Source: an uncultured virus (IMG/VR IMGVR_UViG_2690315617_000001) (taxonomy: Duplodnaviria; Heunggongvirae; Uroviricota; Caudoviricetes). From it: DNA of 64,000 nucleotides. The stretch is taken from the IMG/VR virus record IMGVR_UViG_2690315617_000001. The stretch is one strand, 5' to 3'. The position numbers and the translations under genes are program-made. The notes below the pieces were generated by a model, which had not been told where the DNA came from, made no database searches, and saw nothing but the letters and a program-made list of their open reading frames with translations. Each line of letters begins with the position of its first letter. The first letter of the stretch is position 1. Shown piece by piece: positions 36,958 through 45,648 of this stretch.

Positions 36958-39527
36958 GCAGCCTCCGCTTCAGGTTGGGCTTCTTCGAAATCGAACAGGC
37001 TGGGCATGCTGGCGTCGCGCTCCGCAGCGCGCAGGTAGTGCACTTGGTCTGCGAAATAGCCAGTGCAGAGCTCGGAGCCGCCGCCGGTGCGACCCAGCTT
37101 GATCGCGCGCACAGGCACGGTGCCGAGGCCGCAGAACGGGTCATAGACACGCTCGCCGGGGTTGCTGTAGCGGCGGATTAGCCGATCGACGATGTCGAAC
37201 TGCAACGGGCAGACGTGCTTCTCGACGGCCCGCGCGCTCTGCTCGCTGTTGAGCGTGAGCATGCGGGTGACGTCGGTCCAGACGTTGGGATCGTGGCTAC
37301 CGGGCGCCAGGCAGGCAAAGGTCTTCGGCAGCGCATCGCGTTCGGCAAGGTTCTCGCCGATGGCGACATGGCGCTCGTAGTCATAGACGTGGCGCAGGCT
37401 TTCTTCCGTGAAGAATTTGGCCAGCTTGCCGGGCCCCATCCGGGCCATCTCATCGGCTGCCAGCAACCTGTTGCCGCTTGAGCGCCAGTGCGCGTGCGCA
37501 TCGACCTGCCAGCGCGCCAGGCTGTAGTCCTGTTCGTCCTTGACCACCGGCACATCGGCGTAGCCGCGGGTCAGATCGGTCTGAGGTTTGCGGAAGACCA
37601 GCACGTATTCGGAGCAACCGGTGCCCATCTTCGTGCCGTCCTTCGACATTTCGGTGTAGCCCAGCCGGTAGGTCTGGTTGTTCTCGCGGACCACATCGGT
37701 GGTGACCGTGATCGCGCACATCTTCACGAGCCCGTGCTTGCGCAGATGGAGCGAAGCTTCCTCGTGGAAGTAGTCCATGGTTGGCGCGCCCAGGCCGGTC
37801 ACGGACTGGAACATCACGCGGTCTTTCACGTGGATGCAAGCCATGCGGCCGGGCTTGAGGATTCGGAACAGCTCCGGCGTGAGGAAGTCCATCTGCGCCC
37901 AGAAGTGCGCGTTGTCCTCTGTGTGACCGAAATCGTTGTAGCTTGGCGTGTATTCGTAGTGGTTCGCGAACGGCACGCTGGTGACGATGAGGTCGACCGA
38001 GTTGTCCGGCTGGGCCATGGCTTCCAGTACCGCATCGTTGTGCGCGACCTCGAACAGATCGCCCTTGACCACCCGGCGCTCGACGCCCACGGTCCTGGCC
38101 AGCATGTCCTGCATTGCGAGGTGATCGAGCCCGTAGGTGCGCACCAGCGCCGCCATCTTTTCCTGCTGCTCGTCGTGGCGCTTCCACTTCGCCTTCAGGT
38201 TCGCCACGCGGCCGCGCTCGGCCTCGGTATGGACGATGTCGATGCGGCACGGCACGTCCAGACGACCGCCGAACCGGGCGACTCGGTGGATGGCCTGGAT
38301 GAAATCGTTGAACTTGTCGGTGATGCCGGCGAAGATTTCGCGGTGGCAGTGGCGCTGGAAGTTGCAGCCGCTGCCGGCGATGATGGGTTTGGTGGACAGG
38401 ATCCGGAACTCTCCATCGCTGAAGCCCATGATTCGGTCTTCGCGCTCATCCAGTTCCTGCGTACCCCAGACGCTCACGGCTTCGGGGATCGCCTCCTGCA
38501 GCGCGTGACGTTCGTCTTCGAGGTCGTGCCACACGATGAAGTGATCATCTGGAGCCTCGGAGACAAGTTCTTGCACCTTCGCAACACGGGCCGGAAGGCT
38601 CTGCCGCTTCTCCTTGGCCGCAGCTGGCAAGCTCTGCGCGGTGTTTTGGATCAGCAGGCCCTGGCCGATCTTGTCGGTACCGGCCGCGGAATAGTCGCTC
38701 GGGATCTCGTGCCAGCGCACGTCCAGCTCCGGCAGGACGTAGCCGTCATCGCTGTGGCCCAGATCGCTCGGCTTCGTGATGACGATGGCCCAGCTCGCCA
38801 CCCACAGCCAGAACTCCTGTTCCTTGTGCGGGTAGAGCGTGAGGTTTCCGGCCTTCTCGCTGTCGCGCTGAAAGAAGCGCGTGAGGGCCTGGCCGGAGTC
38901 CATGACACCGAGGTATGCGGCGTAGTGGATCAACTCCTTGTACCTGTTCGGGTCCGGCGTCGCTGTGAAAACGGACTTGAACTCGACAGGTGCGAAGGCG
39001 GGCAGGAACTCCTGATAGGTCTTGCTGCCGTAGCTGCGCAGGATGCTGGCTTCGTCCAAGCCAGTCGCGCGGAAGCGGCTCGGCGTGACGTTGCCCTCTC
39101 GGACCGCTTCGTAGTTCGTCAGGTAGATGGTGGCGGGGTCATCGATCTCGCTGTCGCGGCGGATGAAGCGCAGGTCGACCGCGCAGTCCCCGGTGAATCG
39201 CAGCTCGACCTCGCGGAAGAATTCCGTCCGAACACCCAACGGAATGACACCCATGCGGTAGGCATCGGGAAAGCGGAGCCCGACCTGGCGCAGCAACTCG
39301 AGATGCGCTGCCGTCTTGTGCAGACCGAAGCTGGCAAAGCAGGCGCGGTTGCCGCCCTTCGCCATCCACTTGACGATGTCGCGGGTGTGTGGCTTCAGCG
39401 CCGGGTTGATGTCTTCCAGTGCAACGTCGAAACCGGTGCAGCTGGCCAGCTTGATCTTGTCGCGGAGGAAATCCGAATAGCGCGCCAGCTTGGCGGCTGC
39501 GGTTGTATCGACGGCTTGCTCCATCAT
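36954..39527 (-). CDS. SNF2-type helicase fused to an N4C/N6A DNA methyltransferase
   Basis: FGLHKT, LDEAS, TATP, QAIHRVARFG; TSVPF, HVCPLQ, DPFCGLG. Confidence 0.88.
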   Translation of the reverse strand: MMEQAVDTTAAAKLARYSDFLRDKIKLASCTGFDVALEDINPALKPHTRDIVKWMAKGGNRACFASFGLHKTAAHLELLRQVGLRFPDAYRMGVIPLGVRTEFFREVELRFTGDCAVDLRFIRRDSEIDDPATIYLTNYEAVREGNVTPSRFRATGLDEASILRSYGSKTYQEFLPAFAPVEFKSVFTATPDPNRYKELIHYAAYLGVMDSGQALTRFFQRDSEKAGNLTLYPHKEQEFWLWVASWAIVITKPSDLGHSDDGYVLPELDVRWHEIPSDYSAAGTDKIGQGLLIQNTAQSLPAAAKEKRQSLPARVAKVQELVSEAPDDHFIVWHDLEDERHALQEAIPEAVSVWGTQELDEREDRIMGFSDGEFRILSTKPIIAGSGCNFQRHCHREIFAGITDKFNDFIQAIHRVARFGGRLDVPCRIDIVHTEAERGRVANLKAKWKRHDEQQEKMAALVRTYGLDHLAMQDMLARTVGVERRVVKGDLFEVAHNDAVLEAMAQPDNSVDLIVTSVPFANHYEYTPSYNDFGHTEDNAHFWAQMDFLTPELFRILKPGRMACIHVKDRVMFQSVTGLGAPTMDYFHEEASLHLRKHGLVKMCAITVTTDVVRENNQTYRLGYTEMSKDGTKMGTGCSEYVLVFRKPQTDLTRGYADVPVVKDEQDYSLARWQVDAHAHWRSSGNRLLAADEMARMGPGKLAKFFTEESLRHVYDYERHVAIGENLAERDALPKTFACLAPGSHDPNVWTDVTRMLTLNSEQSARAVEKHVCPLQFDIVDRLIRRYSNPGERVYDPFCGLGTVPVRAIKLGRTGGGSELCTGYFADQVHYLRAAERDASMPSLFDFEEAQPEAEAA

Positions 39528-39856
39528 GCGCTCGCCCAGCAGGTGGCCAACGCATGCCGGCGATCAATTGCGCGCTGGACCGACGACACCGAAACTTCGG
39601 GTTCCGCCGGTTCAGGGCTGAGCGCAGAACGCCCGGCGGCCGTGACGATGAAGAAGGCGTGCGCGGAACGTGGCGCCGAGGGATTCGAGCGCTCGATCAG
39701 GCCGCGCGACTTGAGGCGGTAGGTCTTCGCCATCAGCAGCTGTTGGGTGATCCCCGTGGCCTTGGCGATCTGCGTGTAGCTGGCACCCTCCTCCGAGCAC
39801 GCCGCCAGTTCTGCGATGGCGCGAAGGATGGTGAGCATCTGGCCGCCAACGTTCAC
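39524..39856 (-). CDS. Winged-helix DNA-binding protein
   Basis: SYTQIAKATGI...RLKSRGLIER...VTAAGR. Confidence 0.6.
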   Translation of the reverse strand: MNVGGQMLTILRAIAELAACSEEGASYTQIAKATGITQQLLMAKTYRLKSRGLIERSNPSAPRSAHAFFIVTAAGRSALSPEPAEPEVSVSSVQRAIDRRHALATCWASA

Positions 39857-40281
39857 GCCGCCATCCGCCCGTTGCGCTCGTGCTCCGCGATGAGAGCCTT
39901 CGCTGCTGCCAACTCCGCCGACAGGGCGCTGCGGATGGTGATGTCGCAGCCCATCTGGTCCGCAAGCCACTGCAGCGGTGCCAGGCTGCCCGTCACACGC
40001 ATGAAGGCCAACAGGCGTTTCGCCCACTGTTGCCCCACACCCCGCATGAACCGGCTCATGTAGCCGTGGCTGATGTGGATCGCATCGGCGATCTCCTGGT
40101 CTTCCATGCCGCTGTGCTTGCAGGCGTGGTTCAGAGCTCCGCTGAACGTCGCCTGCTTCACCACGAACATCTCCAGCACGGCTGGGTGCTGCACCTCCGC
40201 AAGCAGTGGCATCTCCACTTGCGTGCGCTTTCCAGCACTTGCTTTCGGTTTCCATTCGGTTGGCTCAAAGATGCGATCCAT
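39853..40281 (-). CDS. CII-like regulator
   Basis: HTH QEIADAIHISHGYMSR...PLQWLADQMG; position after cro. Confidence 0.7.
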   Translation of the reverse strand: MDRIFEPTEWKPKASAGKRTQVEMPLLAEVQHPAVLEMFVVKQATFSGALNHACKHSGMEDQEIADAIHISHGYMSRFMRGVGQQWAKRLLAFMRVTGSLAPLQWLADQMGCDITIRSALSAELAAAKALIAEHERNGRMAA

Positions 40282-40417
40282 GAAAACGACTCCCATCGCT
40301 TTGGTTGAAGAAAAGGTCTTGTTGGGCCGTCCTGTCTGCTCAGCCCCCTCGCGGGGGAGTCGGCCGGTTGAGGGCCTTACAGGAGGGCGGCCCAATAAGG
40401 CCTCTGGTGAGTGGCTG

Positions 40418-40630
40418 TCACTCCATGAACTCGCCCTCGAACTCGTCGATCAACTGCGCATCCAGCGCGCGCTCGCCCTTCAGGACTCCCAGGACGGCGG
40501 CACCGGCGAAAACGGAGCAGAGGACGCCAGCGGCGATGTCGTTGGCGTCGAAGGAAGCCAGGGCGAGGACGCCGAAGACCACGACCAGCACGTAGGCCAG
40601 CAGAAGCAGCGCGGATCGGATGACGCGCAT
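40418..40630 (-). CDS. Small two-TM membrane protein
   Basis: Two hydrophobic helices; GGAGG RBS. Confidence 0.55.
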   Translation of the reverse strand: MRVIRSALLLLAYVLVVVFGVLALASFDANDIAAGVLCSVFAGAAVLGVLKGERALDAQLIDEFEGEFME

Positions 40631-40633
40631 GGG

Positions 40634-40864
40634 TCAGCCCCTCCCCGCTTGGGCGCGACGGGTGCGCACAAGGTGTTCGGCCAGCTTCTGAATCTGGCTC
40701 CAGTCGTTCGCTTCGAGGGTGTCGGCTTCGCAGGTGCCTTGCAGAAACTGAATACAGTCCTGCGCGGATCCGCGTGCCCCAGATACAGCCGCCCACTCGG
40801 TGAAGACCTTGCGCATCACGTCCCGCTTGCTGGGCGCGTGGTGCTGGCTAGGTACGAGCTCCAT
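40634..40864 (-). CDS. Hypothetical protein
   Basis: Directly follows cro. Confidence 0.55.
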   Translation of the reverse strand: MELVPSQHHAPSKRDVMRKVFTEWAAVSGARGSAQDCIQFLQGTCEADTLEANDWSQIQKLAEHLVRTRRAQAGRG

Positions 40865-40867
40865 GGG

Positions 40868-41074
40868 TTAGCCCTCGGCCTTGGCACTCGCTTCAGCGGC
40901 CTCAACGCTTTCGGCGTCGGGCTTGAACCAGTCGGGCCGCAACACACGCAGTTGCCAGACTCGCTGGTCAGGTACGTCTTCGCCCCATTGGGAAACCGCG
41001 CCTGGTGTGATGCCGAGAAGGTGGGCCAGCGCTGCGGCGGTTCCGGCCAGCTTGATTGCGAGTGAGGTCTTCAT
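40868..41074 (-). CDS. cro: Cro-like repressor
   Basis: AALAHLLGITPGAVSQWGEDVP; divergent from cI. Confidence 0.9.
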   Translation of the reverse strand: MKTSLAIKLAGTAAALAHLLGITPGAVSQWGEDVPDQRVWQLRVLRPDWFKPDAESVEAAEASAKAEG

Positions 41075-41084
41075 GAGGCATGAA

Positions 41085-41139
41085 TATAGCGTACTAAACA
41101 CCATGAAGACAAGCAGGCTAAACAGTTTAGGTGGCTTAA
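41085..41139. promoter_or_regulatory. OR operators (3 sites) overlapping pR/pRM
   Basis: TGTTTAGTACGCTATA (rc of 41085-41100), TGTTTAGCCTGCTTGT (rc of 41109-41124), AGTTTAGGTGGCTTAA (41124-41139). Confidence 0.75.
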
Positions 41140-41147
41140 TTTCCGCT

Positions 41148-41792
41148 ATGGCATTGAAGGACAGAATTCAGGAAGCGATGGATGCAGCCAAGAAGACGGC
41201 AGCCGATCTCGCACGTGCAACAGGCAAGACACCTGGTGCGGTATCTCAGTGGCTTGATGGCACCACGAAGAGCATCAAGGGGGATACTGCTGCCGCCCTG
41301 CAGCTGGCTACGGGCTTCAGCGCGACGTGGCTGGCCACCGGCAAGGGCCCGAAGAAGTCAGGCAGCAATGTGGAAGCCGGCCCTGAAATCAGGGGGGCAG
41401 TTCCGCTGATCTCATGGGTGCAGGCCGGCAGTTGGAGTGCTGCAAACGATCCGCTGCAGCCTGGGGAAGCCGAACGCTGGATGGCATGTCTCGTCCCGCA
41501 CAGCGAGGGAACATATGCGTTGCGCGTGAAGGGCGACAGCATGACCGCGCCGCATGGCAATACGCGGAGCTACCCGGAAGGCTCGTATATCTTCGTCGAC
41601 CCTGCGAAGCGTAGCCCAGTCAATGGCGACCGCATTGTTGCGAAGCTGGAAGGGGAGGATGCCGTGACTTTCAAGGTCTATAAGAACGAGGACGGCCGCC
41701 AGTGGCTGCACCCTCTCAACCCAGCGCACGATCCAATTCGGCAACCTTTCAGCGTGTTGGGCACTGTGATCGGGAAGTGGGAGGACGGTTGA
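41148..41792 (+). CDS. cI: CI repressor (HTH plus S24 autopeptidase)
   Basis: HTH, VQAG cleavage site, LRVKGDSM and VTFK catalytic motifs. Confidence 0.95.
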   Translation: MALKDRIQEAMDAAKKTAADLARATGKTPGAVSQWLDGTTKSIKGDTAAALQLATGFSATWLATGKGPKKSGSNVEAGPEIRGAVPLISWVQAGSWSAANDPLQPGEAERWMACLVPHSEGTYALRVKGDSMTAPHGNTRSYPEGSYIFVDPAKRSPVNGDRIVAKLEGEDAVTFKVYKNEDGRQWLHPLNPAHDPIRQPFSVLGTVIGKWEDG

Positions 41793-42154
41793 TGCGCACG
41801 TCACTACGCTTTACCGTTGCAGCAATTGGACTCGCCAGCTGCAGCGTCGCCTTCGCTAAGAGCCCCGAGGCGCTGAAGCCTGAGCAGATCGTCGAATCGA
41901 GCACGAGCCCCTACAACATCGCCTGCATTTCGCCCAGCACCCTTGAGCAGTACATAGCACACGCCGTTGCTGGCGAAAGGACAAAACTGCTCGCCATGAT
42001 GCCGGTGCCCTGCACGAATTTCCCCGCCGGTCAGCGCTACAAGATCCTGTCGGTACGCCGCACCATGATAGAGATCATCCAGGCATCAAGCTCGAGCTCA
42101 AGCGGCATGTGGGTTGCCATCGAGGCATTCCAACCGCCCTCCCCAAACAGGTAA
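41792..42154 (+). CDS. Exported/lipoprotein co-transcribed with cI
   Basis: TGATG coupling to cI; signal peptide with LASC and AFA. Confidence 0.7.
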   Translation: MRTSLRFTVAAIGLASCSVAFAKSPEALKPEQIVESSTSPYNIACISPSTLEQYIAHAVAGERTKLLAMMPVPCTNFPAGQRYKILSVRRTMIEIIQASSSSSSGMWVAIEAFQPPSPNR

Positions 42155-42175
42155 GTCGCCCCTCCTCTACAGCCT

Positions 42176-42198
42176 AGCCCGCACCCTGCGGGCTTTTT
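42176..42198 (+). terminator. Terminator of the cI operon
   Basis: AGCCCGCA-CCC-TGCGGGCT-TTTT. Confidence 0.85.
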
Positions 42199-42209
42199 CA
42201 CGTCCCAAT

Positions 42210-42273
42210 TGTTTAGTCCGCTATAGGGTCAATGTATAGTCTGCTTGCTATAAATGTTTAGTGCACTTAATAT
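42210..42273 (+). promoter_or_regulatory. OL operators (3 sites) and pL promoter
   Basis: TGTTTAGTCCGCTATA, TGTATAGTCTGCTTGC, TGTTTAGTGCACTTAA; TTGCTA-N17-TAATAT. Confidence 0.8.
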
Positions 42274-42318
42274 CGACGCACGCCCTGCACTTCCGCAGCG
42301 GTGACGAGGAGATGGCAA

Positions 42319-42636
42319 ATGATCAATCGCAGCAAGCAAGACTGGGCCGTAGGCAAGACCGTCAAGGTCGGCTTCCTTTCGCTGACCGTGGTGGCTGTCG
42401 TGGCCACGCCGGGCGACTTCAAGCCGGACGCCTATGTGCTGGCCAGCGCGACGAAGGGCACGTTCTACGAATTCGTGCCGCACAACGGCCTGAACAAGAT
42501 CGAGGCGTACGAGGCGCGTGAGCTGGTCTCCGAAGGCAAGCGCATCGCCGCGCAGCAGGCGGCCGAGGTGATCGCCAAGGCTTCGGCCACCGTGAAGCAC
42601 GCCTTCGAAGTCGCCCAGATGATGGTGGTGGCGTGA
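42319..42636 (+). CDS. First pL gene, conserved phage hypothetical
   Basis: KQDWAVGKTVKVGFLSL...FVPHNGL; GAGGAG RBS. Confidence 0.7.
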   Translation: MINRSKQDWAVGKTVKVGFLSLTVVAVVATPGDFKPDAYVLASATKGTFYEFVPHNGLNKIEAYEARELVSEGKRIAAQQAAEVIAKASATVKHAFEVAQMMVVA

Positions 42637-42848
42637 TGAGCGCGCTCACCCGCTCCAATCTCGCCAGCCGGCGCAGTGCGCGCCGTGACCGCGTAGAAGC
42701 CAAGCACCACCCCGAGGTGGTGTTCGAGCCGACGGAAGACCAGGCGCTGGCAATCGACCGCGCAGGCAACGACCTGAAGCCGACGCCGGCTTACTACGAA
42801 CGGCCGGACCTCTTCTCGCTCTCGCAGCAGAACCGAGGTGTTCTGTGA
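42633..42848 (+). CDS. Hypothetical protein
   Basis: Overlapping operon gene. Confidence 0.55.
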   Translation: MMSALTRSNLASRRSARRDRVEAKHHPEVVFEPTEDQALAIDRAGNDLKPTPAYYERPDLFSLSQQNRGVL

Positions 42849-43111
42849 GCACGCGCGCCGCCCTCAACCACATCGCCAAGGTGGTTCTGCAGCAGAAGGT
42901 CGCGCCTGTGGCGTTCGACCAGCCGCATTTCCTCTTCGATTCACCGCTCGACATCGAGGTCGCTGACGGCGGCATCGAAGTCTCTGAGGTATCGGCTGCT
43001 GAGTACCTTGAAGCCAAGAACGGCCCCTTGAAGCTGGACGTTCCCCACGTCTCCGGCGAGCACAAGGTCGAGATGCGCGGCACCGTGCCGGCGGAATGGA
43101 GCTTGCTGTGA
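42845..43111 (+). CDS. Hypothetical protein
   Basis: GAGG RBS, GTGA overlap. Confidence 0.55.
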   Translation: MSTRAALNHIAKVVLQQKVAPVAFDQPHFLFDSPLDIEVADGGIEVSEVSAAEYLEAKNGPLKLDVPHVSGEHKVEMRGTVPAEWSLL

Positions 43112-43445
43112 GCGCGCAGCACACGCCCGTCGTCGGCGGCTTCTACATGCAGCGCGGCAATCTCGTGCGCATCGAGTCGGCCGTTGGCGACCGTTTCTCT
43201 ACGCAGTACATCCAGATCGTGGATGGCCACGTTATGAGCGGCGGCTCTTCCAGCTGCTGGCCGGCCTCGGACTACACGCCGATCACCGACCCCATCCTGT
43301 ACGCGGCGGCTCAGATCTTCGAGGCTGATCGTGAAGCGCACGACCACCGTGGCTCGGATCGCGAGCCGAGACTCGAGCGCAGCAGTGGCGCCTCGCAATG
43401 GAAGCACTCGCCGTGGCGACCAAAGCCACTGGGAGCGCAGCATGA
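43108..43445 (+). pseudogene. Hypothetical gene with apparent frameshift near 43350-43365
   Basis: The natural-looking C-terminus ...QWRLAMEALAVATKATGSAA* (stop overlapping ATG 43442) is in a different frame from the GTG 43108 start. Confidence 0.5.
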
Positions 43446-43561
43446 AGACATTCTTCGCTGTCGTCTCCTCCCCCCTGCTGCTGGTGGGCGTCGTCATCCT
43501 GGTGGTGGCCTCCATCGTGAAGAACCACGTGGATGCCAAGGACGCGGGAGCCGCATCGTGA
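43442..43561 (+). CDS. Small single-TM protein
   Basis: GGGAG RBS; hydrophobic, 39 aa. Confidence 0.55.
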   Translation: MKTFFAVVSSPLLLVGVVILVVASIVKNHVDAKDAGAAS

Positions 43562-43995
43562 GCCACGTCACGCATGAATTCCCCCGCGCCTACGAGGCCG
43601 CCACGAACGTCGATCCGTTGATCCTAGCGCAGGCACTGGACCACATCGCTCGCACTGCAGCCAAGAGCCGCAGCCAGACCCGCCGCACCCGGTGGATCGA
43701 ACAACGCGCGCTCTGCGCCTTGCGTGGCGACGAGTACCGAGACATCGATGTCGAGCTGCCCAAGAGCGCGGGCCCTGACACAGCCGAGAAACTGCAGCGC
43801 CGCATGGCTTGGCACATCGCCCTGAAGCACGAGGCGCTGGAGGCACTGCGCGAACTGCTGGAGACGTGCACCTCCGAGATGCCGTCTTTCGAGCGCGGCA
43901 AGGAAGCCCAGGACGCATGGGCCGACCGGCGCGCGCAGGCACGCAAGAACGCTGCAGCCATCTTGGCGAAGCCCCCGGAAGGCGGTGCATCGTGA
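43558..43995 (+). CDS. Hypothetical protein
   Basis: GGGAG RBS, GTGA overlap. Confidence 0.6.
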   Translation: MSHVTHEFPRAYEAATNVDPLILAQALDHIARTAAKSRSQTRRTRWIEQRALCALRGDEYRDIDVELPKSAGPDTAEKLQRRMAWHIALKHEALEALRELLETCTSEMPSFERGKEAQDAWADRRAQARKNAAAILAKPPEGGAS

Positions 43996-44237
43996 GCCCC
44001 GCACACCAATCCGCTCCCGACTTCGCTGCCGAGGCGGTTCTCGCCTGCTTCGAAGGCCGCGCTACCCAGCGGCAACAGCGTTCGGTCGCTGCTCGGCTCG
44101 CCCTGGCCAGCGATGCCAAGGGCGGCCTCGCCCATGCCCTGAAGCGCTGCGCCCGCCGCGTCCAGATCGATGCCGGTTTCGGCTCGCCCGAGTACCAGAT
44201 GGCTCGCAAGGCGCTGGTTGATGCTGGGGAGTTGTAG
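43992..44237 (+). CDS. Hypothetical protein
   Basis: GTGA overlap. Confidence 0.55.
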   Translation: MSPAHQSAPDFAAEAVLACFEGRATQRQQRSVAARLALASDAKGGLAHALKRCARRVQIDAGFGSPEYQMARKALVDAGEL

Positions 44238-44239
44238 GC

Positions 44240-44425
44240 ATGACCGCCCTTCTCCGCGCCATCTCCGACCAGGCCGTGGGCCTGACAGTTGCGCTGCTGA
44301 TCCTGTCGGCCTACATCGCCGGCGCGCGTATCGACAGCCCGTCCGAAACCGACGCACTCCAGCGCTCGGCAGACATTGGCAACGACCGAGCCGCAGAGCA
44401 CGCGGCCATGAAAGGCCCGCGATGA
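44240..44425 (+). CDS. Small TM protein
   Basis: GGGGAG RBS, one TM. Confidence 0.55.
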   Translation: MTALLRAISDQAVGLTVALLILSAYIAGARIDSPSETDALQRSADIGNDRAAEHAAMKGPR

Positions 44426-44604
44426 GCCGCGCACACCCGCACTACTTCCCCGACGACACGCCGGATCCGGTTGCCGAGTCTTGGGACTCCATCGGCGAGC
44501 TGCTGCAGCTAATCAAGGCGTGGCTCTGGGTCGCCGGTGGCTGCGGCTTGGCCGCCGCCTTTCTGGCCCTCTTCTTCCCTTCCGTTTTCAACCTCTTCCG
44601 CTGA
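44422..44604 (+). CDS. Small TM protein
   Basis: ATGA overlap, C-terminal TM. Confidence 0.55.
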   Translation: MSRAHPHYFPDDTPDPVAESWDSIGELLQLIKAWLWVAGGCGLAAAFLALFFPSVFNLFR

Positions 44605-44614
44605 AAGGTTTCCA

Positions 44615-45637
44615 GTGAGCAACGTTCTTGCCATCAACCAGCAGCCCGGCAGCGCACTCGCGCTGACCGAAGGCGAACTCATCGAGGTCTTGCAATCCTC
44701 GCTCTATCCCGGTGCTTCGATTCCGTCGATCAAGATGGTCATCGGCTATTGCAAAGCCGCAGGCCTCGACCCGATGAAGAAGCCGGTCCACATCGTTCCG
44801 ATGTGGGACAGCAAGGCCGGCCAGATGCGCGACGTCGTCATGCCCGGCGTTGGTCTGTACCGAACTGACGCGGCCCGCACGGGCAACTTCGCCGGGCAGT
44901 CGGAGCCGGAGTTCGGTCCGATGGTCACCGAAAAGCTGGGCGGCGTCGAGGTCACCTATCCCGAGTGGGCGAAGGTCGTCGTAAAGAAGTCCATGGCAGG
45001 GGGCTTCATCGCAGAGTTCACCGCGATCGAGTACTGGATCGAGAACTACGCGGTGAAGGGCGGCAAAGAGAAGTCAGTGGCCCCGAATTCGATGTGGATG
45101 AAGCGGCCGCGCGGCCAGATCGCGAAGTGCGCCGCCGCGCAAGCGCTGCGCTTGGCGTTCCCCGAGGGCGGCGCTCAGCCGACGGCCGAGGAGATGGAAG
45201 GAAAGTCAATCAACGACTTCCAGGGCACCACGATTGATGCCGACACCGGCGAGGTCACCAACGGCAAGGGCGCCGAAAAGAAGCCCACTCTGCCCACCCA
45301 GGGCGACGAAGAGTTCGCCAAGAACATGGTGATCTGGACCAAGGTCATCAAGTCGGGCAAGAAGGACGTCGACGGCGTGCTCGCGACTGTCGCAACGGTC
45401 GCCACTCTGACCGAAGCCCAGATCGATGCGATCAAGAAGATTCCCGCCGAACTCGCGAAAGCCGCAGCACCTGCAGGTCCGACTTTCGCCCAGGTCGCCG
45501 ATGCGCTTGCCAAGGCGCAGGACGAAGACGCCCTCAACGTCGCCGCCGACCTCATCAACGCCATCACCGACGAGCAGCAGCGCACCGAGTTGAGCGCGAA
45601 GTACGACGCGCGCCGCGCAGAGCTCAACGCCGAATAA
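44615..45637 (+). CDS. bet: Recombinase Bet (RecT/Red-beta family)
   Basis: YCKAAGLDPMKKPVHIVPM...MWMKRPRGQIAKCAAAQALRLAFP...TAEEM. Confidence 0.9.
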   Translation: MSNVLAINQQPGSALALTEGELIEVLQSSLYPGASIPSIKMVIGYCKAAGLDPMKKPVHIVPMWDSKAGQMRDVVMPGVGLYRTDAARTGNFAGQSEPEFGPMVTEKLGGVEVTYPEWAKVVVKKSMAGGFIAEFTAIEYWIENYAVKGGKEKSVAPNSMWMKRPRGQIAKCAAAQALRLAFPEGGAQPTAEEMEGKSINDFQGTTIDADTGEVTNGKGAEKKPTLPTQGDEEFAKNMVIWTKVIKSGKKDVDGVLATVATVATLTEAQIDAIKKIPAELAKAAAPAGPTFAQVADALAKAQDEDALNVAADLINAITDEQQRTELSAKYDARRAELNAE

Positions 45638-45648
45638 GGACCACTGTC

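Noticed and set aside
37488..39722. Long plus-strand ORFs (also 16428-18026, 23476-25239, 11144-12442)
   Set aside because: Antisense shadows of real genes, expected in high-GC DNA; no motifs.
43096..43995. Single 299-aa protein
   Set aside because: Better explained as a frameshifted gene plus separate genes at 43442 and 43558 with their own RBSs.
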